From an uncultured Bryocella sp. (GTDB taxonomy: Bacteria; Acidobacteriota; Terriglobia; Terriglobales; Acidobacteriaceae): a stretch of DNA of 51,193 nucleotides. The notes under the pieces were generated by a model. That model had not been told where the DNA came from. It did no database searches and worked only from the letters and a program-made list of their open reading frames with translations. The position numbers and the translations under genes are program-made. The stretch spans positions 1 to 51,193 of the forward strand of contig CAXTZL010000001.1 of assembly GCA_964248555.1 (NCBI GenBank). Direction: 5' to 3'. Below are positions 17,841 through 27,515 of the stretch, in pieces (the first letter of the stretch is position 1; every line of letters begins with the position of its first letter).

Positions 17841-18151
17841 GGCAACCACCGGCGCAGGCCAGCTCTAACCGGCAGCGCACTCCAGGGTAGGCAGGAGTTC
17901 CATTTCGGAACGGCACGTTACCAAAAGCATTCCCAAAATGTTGCACGGGGGGCGATTACCTTCGTTCTTCGGTTCACCATGGCACCGTGGTCTTCTTGCG
18001 TTGGGAAATGTTTCCCGAATTGGAGCACCAACGATGAAGGCGCACACACAGAGCACCACCGCCCCTCTCGCACCGGGCCGTCTCACCTCGCAGACCGGAA
18101 GCCCTCGCCCTGCAAACCAGGGGCACCCCGGAGAAGGAAGCGAGGTGCGGC

Positions 18152-19714
18152 ATGGGTGACATGATCCCAGTGCTGCCCGGCCAAGGAAGGGGCCCGGCAA
18201 CGTCGCTGCCTCCCGGGCGCCTGCGCACGGGCGCCGTGCCCACTCCCCTGCTAAGCAAATCGCCCCGACTTACCGGCTACCGGGAACGTCCGCTTTTGGA
18301 AAGGGCGCCCCCCAAGCCAGCGCCCTTGCAGGTGCTCGTTGTGGAAGACGACCCCCTGGTGCGCCAGGCCTGCGCCGAGATCGCCCGCGAACGCGGCTAT
18401 GCCGTCGAAACCGCGGATACGGTCCCCAGCGCCAGGTCGGTCATGAAGCGGACTGCCATCGATGTTCTGCTGCTGGACCTCAAACTACCCGGCGGTGGTG
18501 GTTTTTCGCTCCTGGAGGAGATCCGCGAAACCCATCCGCGTACCTCGGCCGTGGTGATGACCGCCTTCGCCTCCGTGGGGTCCGCCGTCGAAGCCATGCG
18601 TACCGGCGCGGGAGATTACCTGGCCAAACCCTTTAGCCTGGAGGAACTGACCGCGGTGCTGGAGCGCGCAGCCGAACGCAGGACCTTCTTCACCGAGACC
18701 GGTGCCCTGCGCGAACGCCTGCGCACCGGCGCGGCCTCCAGCCTCCTCATGGGGCAGGACCCGGCCGTGGAGAAACTCTTTCGCATCCTCTCCAAGGTCG
18801 CCTCCACCAACCATCCCGTGCTGATTTTGGGCGAAGCCGGGACAGGCAAGGAGATCGTCGCCCGGATGATTCACACCAATGGTCCCCTGGCGTCGCGGCC
18901 TTTTGTTCCGGTCGATTGCGGCTCCCTTCTGCCCGCCCTGGTGGAGCGCGAACTCTTCGGAGCCGTAGCGGAACCCGGCCCCGGGGGCCACCGCGCCAAA
19001 ACCGGTCTGCTCGCCGCCGCAGAGGGTGGAACCGTGTTTCTGGACGAAATCGGTGATTTATCACTCGAACTGCAGGCCCGATTGCTCCGTGCCATTCAGG
19101 AGCGGGAGATCCGTCCGGTCGGCGGCACCGTGGCCACTCCCATGCGGGCCCGCCTGCTCGCCGCCACCAACCGGAACCTCGCCGCCCTCGTCGACAGCGG
19201 TCGCTTTCGAAAGGACCTCTACTACCGCCTGAACGTGGTCAATCTTCGCATTCCGCCGCTGCGGGAACGGCCGGGCGACATTCCCCTGCTCGCCGCGCAC
19301 CTTCTGGAGCGCTTCAGCGAAGAAGACGGCACCCGCTACACCCTCTCCGACGAAGCGCTGCGCCTCATGGTGGATTACGACTGGCCCGGCAACGTCCGCG
19401 AACTGGAACACGCCATACAGCGGGCTTGCGCCCTTTCAAGCGGTCCCGTGCTCCACCTCGCCGACCTCCCGGTCCCGCTTCAGGAGCGCCGCTACCAAAC
19501 CCGCCTCGCGGGCGCGGTCATGGCGCTCCGCCCTCCCCCAGGCCCGGATGTGGTCATCCCCATCGAAGAGCTGGAAAGGCAGGCAATCCTCCGCGCTCTG
19601 CACCAGTTGGGGGGCGACAAGCTGCTCGCCGCCAAGCTGCTGGGCATCGGGAAAACCACGCTTTATCGCAAGTTGAAAGAATACGGGTTGGGCGATGATC
19701 TCCTCCAAAGCTAA
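18152..19714 (+). CDS. NtrC-family response regulator (REC-AAA+-Fis HTH) lacking GAFTGA
   Basis: REC VVEDD..LLDLKLP..YLAKPF; Walker A GEAGTGKE; Walker B FLDEIG; FRKDLYYRLNV; WPGNVREL; HTH LLGIGKTTLYRKL. Start uncertain. Confidence 0.9.
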   Translation: MGDMIPVLPGQGRGPATSLPPGRLRTGAVPTPLLSKSPRLTGYRERPLLERAPPKPAPLQVLVVEDDPLVRQACAEIARERGYAVETADTVPSARSVMKRTAIDVLLLDLKLPGGGGFSLLEEIRETHPRTSAVVMTAFASVGSAVEAMRTGAGDYLAKPFSLEELTAVLERAAERRTFFTETGALRERLRTGAASSLLMGQDPAVEKLFRILSKVASTNHPVLILGEAGTGKEIVARMIHTNGPLASRPFVPVDCGSLLPALVERELFGAVAEPGPGGHRAKTGLLAAAEGGTVFLDEIGDLSLELQARLLRAIQEREIRPVGGTVATPMRARLLAATNRNLAALVDSGRFRKDLYYRLNVVNLRIPPLRERPGDIPLLAAHLLERFSEEDGTRYTLSDEALRLMVDYDWPGNVRELEHAIQRACALSSGPVLHLADLPVPLQERRYQTRLAGAVMALRPPPGPDVVIPIEELERQAILRALHQLGGDKLLAAKLLGIGKTTLYRKLKEYGLGDDLLQS

Positions 19715-19835
19715 GTCCTGCAACCTCGAGCTCAACTCCTCGACCGGCGTACCCTCCGCACAGGCCGGAGTTGCGCTCCCCGACACCTTTCGGTCCGCGT
19801 GGGAGGCAGAGGATAAGGCCGCGCTTTCATATCAA

Positions 19836-20342
19836 ATGGCCAACGAGCTTCAGACAAGCAACCAGACCGTCCTTCTGGTCGCCCCGGAGCCGGCTGCCAC
19901 TGCCGTGGCCCACGCCCTGCGCCGGGACCTGAACGTTCATGTGCAGACTGCCGCTGGCGGCCGGTCCGGCCTGGTGGCCATGCGGCGAGAAGAATTTACC
20001 GTGATCGTCCTGGAAGAGAACCTGGCCGCTGCGGGACCGGAGGCTACGCAGACCCTTTATACCCTGGCGACAACGGTCCCCGTGCTCGAAATCAACTTCG
20101 GGCTGTGTGGAGTCGAGCGAATCGTTCGCCAGGTTCGCTCCGCGCTCGAGCGCCGTACCGCCGACGAAGCCAAGGCCCGTTTAGCGGTCAGCAATTCCCT
20201 GGTGAACCACCTCAACGCCTCGCTGGCAGGTCTTCTGCTTGAGTCGCAACTGGCGGTGCGACAGGCCTCGCCGGAGGTATTGCCCACGCTGCAACATCTC
20301 ATTCACCTGGCCTCGGAGCTGCGCGCGCAGTTGCGCTCCTAA
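19836..20342 (+). CDS. Hypothetical protein: degenerate receiver-like domain plus HisKA/DHp-like helices
   Basis: TVLLVA...VIVLEE beta/alpha pattern then LVNHLNASLAGLLLESQLA; no ATPase domain. Start ATG 19836 (19695 possible). Confidence 0.6.
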   Translation: MANELQTSNQTVLLVAPEPAATAVAHALRRDLNVHVQTAAGGRSGLVAMRREEFTVIVLEENLAAAGPEATQTLYTLATTVPVLEINFGLCGVERIVRQVRSALERRTADEAKARLAVSNSLVNHLNASLAGLLLESQLAVRQASPEVLPTLQHLIHLASELRAQLRS

Positions 20343-20513
20343 AGGCAGGGACAGAGTGCTCGAGGCGGACCCAACGGGTTCGGCACGCGTTTGGGGGCTG
20401 CGATTCCGACGAAAAAGCACGCCACGGCCCACCTGCGCCCCATCCAATGAGGGAGCCCGGCTGTGTAGAATCCGGGATGAACCGCTCGCGGAGCGAACAC
20501 AAGGGAGAGAGTA

Positions 20514-21503
20514 ATGAAATTGACACCGGGAAAGCTTGCGGGATTGAATGCCGTCTCCAATGAAAACGGCGTAATCGCCGCAGCCGCCATGGACCAGCGC
20601 GGCTCACTACTAAAATCCCTGCAGAACGCTCGCGGAGCCGCCGCCGATGGCCACGATCTCGAAGTGTTCAAGGTCATGGTGACCGACGTGCTCACACGGT
20701 ACGCCTCGGCCATTCTCCTGGACCCGGAATTCGGTCTGCCGGCCACACACCATCGCCACGGCAAAGGCCTTTTGCTGGCATACGAGAAAACGGGCTACGA
20801 CGCGACCACACCCGGACGCATGCCCGACCTGCTGGACCGCTGGAGTGTACTCCGCCTCAAGGAGGCTGGTGCCGATTGCGTTAAAATCCTGCTCTACTAC
20901 ACACCCTTCGATTCACCCGCGATCAATGACGCGAAGCATGCATTCATCGAGCGCGTCGGCGCCGAATGCCGTGCATACGATATGCCGTTCTTCTGTGAAT
21001 TTGTGGGCTATGACGCCACTGGGCTCAAAGACGATACCGTCGAGTACGCGCGCAAGAAGCCGCAGGTGGTCGCCGGTTCCATGAAGGAATTTTCCAACCC
21101 CAAGTACGGCATCGATGTCCTGAAGGTCGAGGTCCCCATCGTGATGGAGTACGTCCAGGGCACACAGGCCTACAAGGGCGAAAGCGCCTACACGCGCGCC
21201 GAGGCCCTGCAGCACTTTCGCGACACCGCGGCTGTAACGAACCTTCCCTTCATCTATCTTTCCGCAGGTGTTTCTAACCCGATCTTCATTGAAACCCTCG
21301 AATTGGCCGGAGAGTCGGGCGTGGCCTTCAACGGCGTACTCTGCGGACGCGCCACCTGGAAAGATGGTGTATCCATCTTCGCCCGGCACGGCGAGGATGC
21401 CTTTCGCCAATGGTTAGAGACGACCGGCGTGGAAAACATCAGCAACGTCAATCGCGCCCTCGCCGCCGCCACCTCCTGGCACGGCAAAGTCGAAAAGGCC
21501 TAG
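20514..21503 (+). CDS. lacD: Tagatose-1,6-bisphosphate aldolase family class I aldolase
   Basis: AAAMDQRGSL, ASAILLDPEFG, LLLAYEKTGY, CVKILLYY, DVLKVEVP, FIYLSAGV, GVLCGRATW. Confidence 0.85.
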   Translation: MKLTPGKLAGLNAVSNENGVIAAAAMDQRGSLLKSLQNARGAAADGHDLEVFKVMVTDVLTRYASAILLDPEFGLPATHHRHGKGLLLAYEKTGYDATTPGRMPDLLDRWSVLRLKEAGADCVKILLYYTPFDSPAINDAKHAFIERVGAECRAYDMPFFCEFVGYDATGLKDDTVEYARKKPQVVAGSMKEFSNPKYGIDVLKVEVPIVMEYVQGTQAYKGESAYTRAEALQHFRDTAAVTNLPFIYLSAGVSNPIFIETLELAGESGVAFNGVLCGRATWKDGVSIFARHGEDAFRQWLETTGVENISNVNRALAAATSWHGKVEKA

Positions 21504-21517
21504 GGTGATCGCAGTCC

Positions 21518-22513
21518 TCAGGAGGCCATAGGAGCCTCCTGAGGAGATCCTGCTCTCCTTGCAGATTCACTCCCCTCGGCGTCCGTGGCGTGCAGTGACC
21601 GCCTCCAGGCCGCGGCCAATACCCGGCCCGGCAGAAGTGCAATTCCAAGCAGGAAGCCCCACTCCAGAATGCTGGGCCGGCAAGGCCGCACCTCTCTCGC
21701 AATGAGTCGCAACCCCTTCCAGTCTCCGGCCCGCTTTGCCTTCAGGGCTGCTTTTGTGCACAGGAAAGAACAAAAAGCGCGATTACCGATCCATGCTCTG
21801 TAAGACCTGGCCCACTGCACCGACTCAGCCCAGTTCATGCGCCGCGAACGCGAGATGCTTTCCGTGGCGATGTTGTAAATCACCAGCGGCTCCCAGGCGA
21901 ACACCACGCGAGCGCCGGCCAGATGCCAGGCTTCCAAGAGCCACGCCCAATCTTCATGATCGGCATGCGTGCTGAATGGTACACGTTCCACAATCGAGCG
22001 ATGCACCAGCAAAGTCTGTATGGGAATCACGCCCGGCCTTCCAAGCAATGAGGGGCGGCGCAGAATATAGTCGGCGACATCTTCCCCTTCGCGCATCGGT
22101 CGCTCCGGCCAGATGTCCTCCCGGGTCTCCCGGCGATATAGGGTCCGGCACGAGATCATACGCCGCGGTTGGGTTGGGTCAGCCAGGCGCATCTCGGCTT
22201 CCACCTTACCCGGCAGCATCAGGTCGTCGTCATCCAGAAAGGTCAGCCATTCGCCTCGACTCGCAGCAACGCCCTCATTACGTGCCACAGCGGGTCCAAC
22301 ATTCTGTTGCAGCTCGATGAGCTGCAACCGGGGATCAAGGTCCCGCAGCATCTCTCGAGTGGCCGGATCGGGGCCGTCGGAGACGACGATCACCTCAATC
22401 TCACGCCAGGTCTGTGTCAACGCGCTCTTGGCCGCTAAAAGCACCTCATCTGCCCTGCGATAGGTGGGAATGATGACGCTGACCAGCCCGCTCGCACCCT
22501 CACGCATACTCAT
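21518..22513 (-). CDS. Glycosyltransferase family 2
   Basis: VSVIIPTY, IVVSDG, GPAVARN, FLDDDD, HEDWAW. Confidence 0.9.
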   Translation of the reverse strand: MSMREGASGLVSVIIPTYRRADEVLLAAKSALTQTWREIEVIVVSDGPDPATREMLRDLDPRLQLIELQQNVGPAVARNEGVAASRGEWLTFLDDDDLMLPGKVEAEMRLADPTQPRRMISCRTLYRRETREDIWPERPMREGEDVADYILRRPSLLGRPGVIPIQTLLVHRSIVERVPFSTHADHEDWAWLLEAWHLAGARVVFAWEPLVIYNIATESISRSRRMNWAESVQWARSYRAWIGNRAFCSFLCTKAALKAKRAGDWKGLRLIAREVRPCRPSILEWGFLLGIALLPGRVLAAAWRRSLHATDAEGSESARRAGSPQEAPMAS

Positions 22514-23964
22514 GCAATCTCTCCTTCAGAGCTTCTCGTTGGTGAACAGGAACCGCGTACGCGCCCGTTGCGTGGCAGGACTGTAAGCACCTCAGAGGCC
22601 GTCAGCGCTCCCGAAACGGACATGTCGGAGCCTTCCTCCATTGCCAGCTTCACAATGCACGAGTAGACGATCAGCGTGGGCAGGTACGGGGAAACCGGCG
22701 CGGATTCGGTCAGGCTTAACAGGCCCAGCCATGTGAGCAGGAGAGCAGGCAAAAGTGCTGTCTCCACGTTATTTCGTCGATAGCGCTGCCACGCAACAAC
22801 GCAGGCACCTAGAAGGGTAAAGCCATACAGAACAGCCCCGATAACGCCCAGCGACAAAGTCTGATCCAGATAGGTGTTATGCGCGTGGGGTACCATCCAG
22901 CCTTGATCGAAGGACACTTTTTCAACCCGTTCCGGGCTCCAGAACGCCTCGAAACCGACGCCCAGAATGGGATGCTCATCGACACTATCCATCAACTCTG
23001 CCCATAGAGGTGCACGGTTCGACAGACTGGCCGTATTCTGGGTGTCCTTACGCCCCATCATGAACACATCGGTGAGCGCTCCCTCGCCGGACTTGCCCAG
23101 TGCAAAGACCGCCCCCGGAACAATGACCATCAGCGCCACGCAGATCGCCAACGCCCGCATCGTCGGTTGCAGGTGCCGCTTGGCCATGCGCAACAGGATG
23201 AACGTCATCATGCCCAGGCAGATAAACGTGCCAACACGAGCGCGAGTGAGGAAAAGCAGGGCCGCAAAAAGGACCAGAAGCGGCGTCATCCAGGCCAGCC
23301 ACCGAGGCCGGCTTTGTGCGAGCGTGAGCCCACACAAGAGACATACAAGCAGATTCATTGCTTGGAAATTCGCCGTCATCACGCCCATGAAGCGGTAATC
23401 AGGATCAAACGGCGCAAAATTATGCTGCACGAAGATGTCGATACCCAGGGAGATCAAGGCGACTGTCCCGGTGCAGGCAAATCCCAGCAAGGCGAGTTCC
23501 AGCATGGAAGCCACGCGAGCCAGGGCATAGATGAACAAGACGTTGATCAGAAAAACAACGATCCGCTTTCGCGTGATCGCAGGGTCCAGACTCCACGCAA
23601 CGCTGGCAATTGCCCAGCCCACATAGCCAAGCGCACACCAGGCCAGCTTGCTGGACATGGTAAACCGTCCACGCTTCGGCAATCGCCAGAGCATATATGC
23701 CGATGTCAACATGATCATCGGCATGGCGAGCTGACGGCTGAAGTTTCCCTCATAGGCAGCAGCTTCATTGGCCGCTGCTTTCATCGGATCGGGATCAAGC
23801 TTCAACGGCAGGTAGTACGGTACCGAAAACCAGAAGCACACCCCAAGAATTACCGCACACAAAATCTTGCAGAGCCGGACATAGTAAGCGCCTCGCTCGC
23901 TCGCAATGAAGGTGCGCTGCTGCGCTGCGCGCGCGCCGGCGTAGTTGAGCATGGAAGTGCTCAT
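22510..23964 (-). CDS. Wzy polymerase / O-antigen ligase family membrane protein
   Basis: About 12 hydrophobic segments; LTRAR, SLSNRAPLW, PILGVGFEAFW, HAHNTYL. Confidence 0.85.
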   Translation of the reverse strand: MSTSMLNYAGARAAQQRTFIASERGAYYVRLCKILCAVILGVCFWFSVPYYLPLKLDPDPMKAAANEAAAYEGNFSRQLAMPMIMLTSAYMLWRLPKRGRFTMSSKLAWCALGYVGWAIASVAWSLDPAITRKRIVVFLINVLFIYALARVASMLELALLGFACTGTVALISLGIDIFVQHNFAPFDPDYRFMGVMTANFQAMNLLVCLLCGLTLAQSRPRWLAWMTPLLVLFAALLFLTRARVGTFICLGMMTFILLRMAKRHLQPTMRALAICVALMVIVPGAVFALGKSGEGALTDVFMMGRKDTQNTASLSNRAPLWAELMDSVDEHPILGVGFEAFWSPERVEKVSFDQGWMVPHAHNTYLDQTLSLGVIGAVLYGFTLLGACVVAWQRYRRNNVETALLPALLLTWLGLLSLTESAPVSPYLPTLIVYSCIVKLAMEEGSDMSVSGALTASEVLTVLPRNGRVRGSCSPTRSSEGEIA

Positions 23965-25289
23965 GCCCGTGCCATCTCTCGCTGGAAAAACATGCCTCGC
24001 ACTGCCAAGACCATAAAGCTGCCTAGCAGCATCGCAGCCGCTGCCCCAGGGACCTGCAGGTGACGAACCAGGAAATAACAGATAGAAGCCTGCACCAGCA
24101 TGCCGAGCGCGTTTGCGTAGAACGTGGTGTCGGCGCGGCCCAGTGCAGTCAAAGCGTATGACTGTGCCAGCGTGGCGGCATAGGCCACTAGATTCAATGC
24201 AAGAATGATCAGCAGGATGCGTGCATTGACCGGTACAGTGCGAAAAATGAGGTGAGCCACCCAGGGTCCGATCACGGCGATCCCCGCCGCGAACAGAATC
24301 GATCCCGCCAACAAACTGCGGTCCAGCTTCTTGACCATCACGCGCAACCGGGAGCGCCCGCCTTCATTGCTCGCCCTGGCAATCATGGGACCCATCACAT
24401 TCTGCATGCTCGTGAGTGCGACCCGCGGAATATTCACCACGCTTTCACACACGGCATAGGCCCCCACCGCCGAACCTCCCATCAAGGCACTTAAGATCCA
24501 TGGGTTGCATTGCGAGCTTGCCAAAAAAACCATATTGCTGCCAAGAAACCATCGGCCCAGATGCAGGTTAGCTTGCAGATCCTGGCCAACAGCCTTCGCC
24601 TTCACGGTGAAGTGCCCCCATTCACGGCCAAGCCACCAGAAGCTCACCAACACCGCGCCGGCGCACAATATCAGCAGCGTGTGTGCCACATCGAGGCGCC
24701 CGGTGCAGTAAAGATATTCCACTCCCGCAACCTGCAGCAGCACCGTGGCTGCATCGGTCCAGAAAGCTTCCTTAAGCCGCATGTGGGAGAAGTACATGCG
24801 GCGCGTGAACTCACGAAACAGAATGCCCCCGCTGGTCAGCACAAGCGGTGCGAAGGTACCGTAATACACTCCCCGCGCGGGCACTGCGGCCCAACGGGTG
24901 GCAAACCATAACGCGACGGCAAAGGCGAAACAGAAGATCACCTGCAAACCGAAGATGCTGCCCTGGTATGCCCCTTTGCGGTCCTCCGCCGTTCCGGGAA
25001 GGTTGAACGTAAAGGGTCCCCACAAGAAAACGTTGCACAGCTGGATCAGCACATCCATCGTGCGTTGCGTCAGGATGTACATCCCAAACTCGCGCTGCAG
25101 ACAGTGACGGCTGAGAAGCGCCGCCACAACCATGTTGCCGAAGCTATAGACCACCTGATCCGCCAGCGCATAGCCTAGCCGCTCCCCAACACGGGCGCGC
25201 AGGATGTTCACTCCCTTGATCCATCGTCCTGTGCGCACGGCAGGCTGCAGCAACGCGTCCTCGAGGCTGGCTGTTGGAACCGTGCTCAA
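23961..25289 (-). CDS. Wzx-type oligosaccharide flippase
   Basis: LADQVVYSFGN..., 12-14 TM pattern, AVGAYAV, context within the polysaccharide operon. Confidence 0.8.
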   Translation of the reverse strand: MSTVPTASLEDALLQPAVRTGRWIKGVNILRARVGERLGYALADQVVYSFGNMVVAALLSRHCLQREFGMYILTQRTMDVLIQLCNVFLWGPFTFNLPGTAEDRKGAYQGSIFGLQVIFCFAFAVALWFATRWAAVPARGVYYGTFAPLVLTSGGILFREFTRRMYFSHMRLKEAFWTDAATVLLQVAGVEYLYCTGRLDVAHTLLILCAGAVLVSFWWLGREWGHFTVKAKAVGQDLQANLHLGRWFLGSNMVFLASSQCNPWILSALMGGSAVGAYAVCESVVNIPRVALTSMQNVMGPMIARASNEGGRSRLRVMVKKLDRSLLAGSILFAAGIAVIGPWVAHLIFRTVPVNARILLIILALNLVAYAATLAQSYALTALGRADTTFYANALGMLVQASICYFLVRHLQVPGAAAAMLLGSFMVLAVRGMFFQREMARA

Positions 25290-26614
25290 CGCGACCCCGC
25301 CTGCATCGCGGCGCGAGCGTACGGCTCAGAAAATGTCATGGGCATAGGAGCGGGTGTGACGGCACCGGCAACGCGGCGATAGGCTGCATTCATGACTTCG
25401 TGGTTCTGTTCCCACAAGAAGCGCCGCGCCTGTACCGTGGCGGCATAGCTCATGCGCAGCAAGCGTTCGGGATCGCGGGCCATACGCTCGATGGCTGCTG
25501 CCCACTCTCTATAGGCCTGATGAGGAGAGATCACGGGGAGCTTAATGCCACACTCCAAGTTGACCATGTCGCTGCCTCCCTGGTGATCAAAGCACACCAC
25601 GGGTACGCCTGCCGCAAGAGCCTCCAGCACTACATTCCCGCTGGTGTCGCGCAGGCTGCTGAAGCAAAACAGATCGGCCGAATGCATCGACTCCCTGGCT
25701 TGCTCAAAAGGAAGACGCCCGCGAAAATGGACGCGCTCCTGTAAATGAAGTCTATGTGTCTGGGCTATCCACTGCTCCCGCATCGGACCGTCCCCAAGAA
25801 CTTCCAGCTGCCACGAGACCTCTCCGGGCAATCGCTTGAGTGCTTGCAGCAGGACTGGCAGGGCCTTGCGAGTCTGCAGCTCTCCACTCCAAAGCAGCCG
25901 CAAGGGTGGCAGCGCCAGTCCCTTGGCCACAGCATCCACCCGCTCATGAAAACGTGTGCGATCGGGCTCCATCACCTCGTGCAACCCCGTCTCCAACAGG
26001 TGGTCGCAGCTTTGCCCAAAGACCTTGACGAAATCCTGCAGATTCGTCGAGTTGGCGGCAAACAGTACGTTGGCCGCGCGAGCTGCACGGCGTACCCTTG
26101 CTCTGCGCAGGGTCAACCGATTGGCTACGCCTCGCAAACCTTCCTTCACCGCCTCGGTGGCGGACAGCATAGAAAAAAATTGCGGAGGGAAATTCTGGGT
26201 CCCTCCAACCGGACCCCAGATAAACGGCAGACCCAGTAGATGCCCATAACCCGGCTCACGGAACGTACACACATTTACCTGATGCACCAGATCGAAATGC
26301 TCACGGCTATGTAGATCAACGGTCAGATCACGGGCAAGCACTTGCCAATGGTGATAAGCCTGATAGTTGTAGGCGAAGAGGACCGGCTTCTTCTCCAGCC
26401 TCCGCAACTTGGCATCCGGCTTCGGGGTGTAATAACGAACGTTAACGGGCAACAGACCCTCAATGCGAGCTTTGTCCAAAGCTGCGTAGTTCGCGTCGCT
26501 CGTGACCACGTGCGTTTCGGCCACCTTGGCCGCACCCAGGACGCGTCCCCAGCCGACCGCCCACTCTGACCCACGGTAAGGGCTGCATTCGTACGCTAAC
26601 ATCAGCAGCTTCAT
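25286..26614 (-). CDS. Glycosyltransferase family 4
   Basis: AYECSPYRGSE..VGW, WGPVGG, RK, SLRDTSGNVVLEALAAGVPVV. Confidence 0.9.
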   Translation of the reverse strand: MKLLMLAYECSPYRGSEWAVGWGRVLGAAKVAETHVVTSDANYAALDKARIEGLLPVNVRYYTPKPDAKLRRLEKKPVLFAYNYQAYHHWQVLARDLTVDLHSREHFDLVHQVNVCTFREPGYGHLLGLPFIWGPVGGTQNFPPQFFSMLSATEAVKEGLRGVANRLTLRRARVRRAARAANVLFAANSTNLQDFVKVFGQSCDHLLETGLHEVMEPDRTRFHERVDAVAKGLALPPLRLLWSGELQTRKALPVLLQALKRLPGEVSWQLEVLGDGPMREQWIAQTHRLHLQERVHFRGRLPFEQARESMHSADLFCFSSLRDTSGNVVLEALAAGVPVVCFDHQGGSDMVNLECGIKLPVISPHQAYREWAAAIERMARDPERLLRMSYAATVQARRFLWEQNHEVMNAAYRRVAGAVTPAPMPMTFSEPYARAAMQAGSR

Positions 26615-26713
26615 GCCTATTTCTCCCTTCCCTGTTTATCGGCCAGATACCCGGAAAGAACATGACTCTTTCGTCGCAGCAAGCACCCTATGTGTTCCAC
26701 TGTGCGACAAGGA

Positions 26714-27439
26714 CTAAAACGTGCCGAGTCCCTGCAGCGGGTTTAGGTAGAAGCCGAGGTTCACCAGCTTCACGTAGCGCTCGATTTGCGAAGGCACATC
26801 GTGCCGAACAAGCAGCATGTCATCGGGTTCCAGCAGCATGTCGTTCTGTTCGCGCGCATGCCGCGTGAATTTGTCCAGCCGGAGCACATGGACTTCTGCA
26901 GTCTCGGCATCGATACGGCGAAACAGAAGCACGCGGCCAAGAGCCGCATCATCCTTCGGTCCGCCGCTCGCCAGGATGGCCTGCAGCGCCGTCGTCGGCC
27001 TGCGCAGGTCAAGTCTGCCCGGCGTATTCACTTCACCGGCGATAAACACGTGTGGCTTGTCAAAGTCGCGCAGTGTGACCACAACCTCAGGATCCACAAG
27101 GCGGGTCATCGCGGCTTGCGCGACACGCTCCTGCAATTGCGGCAACGTCAATCCGCCGGCCTGAATATCTCCGCCCGCCTTCAGAAAAGCGTGGCCGTCA
27201 GGGCCGACCACAAGCGTCTCGTTAAATTCCGGTGTGAAACGAAAAGCCACGTCTACCGTGTCGCCGGGTTGCAGCGTGTACGGCCTTCGGTTGGCCCCAA
27301 GCGGCTGCGTCAAAGGCCGCCGCTCCCCAACCGGAGCAGTGCCGGCGCCCTGAATCTGCGCCCGTAAGAAACCGGGGAGGCTTGACATAACACCCAGTGT
27401 GAGAAGAACAAGACAAACATGTTTCGGCGAACAGCGCAT
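26714..27439 (-). CDS. Polysaccharide export protein (OPX/Wza family, short periplasmic type)
   Basis: YTLQPGD, PEFN...VGPDG, GLTL.QL, DPEV.V; SLBB GEVNTPG..ALQAI..GG. Start inferred at 27439. Confidence 0.85.
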   Translation of the reverse strand: MRCSPKHVCLVLLTLGVMSSLPGFLRAQIQGAGTAPVGERRPLTQPLGANRRPYTLQPGDTVDVAFRFTPEFNETLVVGPDGHAFLKAGGDIQAGGLTLPQLQERVAQAAMTRLVDPEVVVTLRDFDKPHVFIAGEVNTPGRLDLRRPTTALQAILASGGPKDDAALGRVLLFRRIDAETAEVHVLRLDKFTRHAREQNDMLLEPDDMLLVRHDVPSQIERYVKLVNLGFYLNPLQGLGTF

Positions 27440-27515
27440 GAGTGAAGCTTTGCGTAAAATGCACGGTGTGACTATCCCCGCGCCGGTCTCCCGTCTAACA
27501 CTTGCGTGCGCCGAT

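Noticed and set aside
17980-17999. Possible sigma54 promoter TGGCAC...TTGC
   Set aside because: Spacer is 10 nt rather than the required 5 nt.
1-21503. Shared tagatose/tagaturonate pathway linking uxaE and lacD
   Set aside because: Substrates differ and the genes are 20 kb apart with no connecting enzymes.
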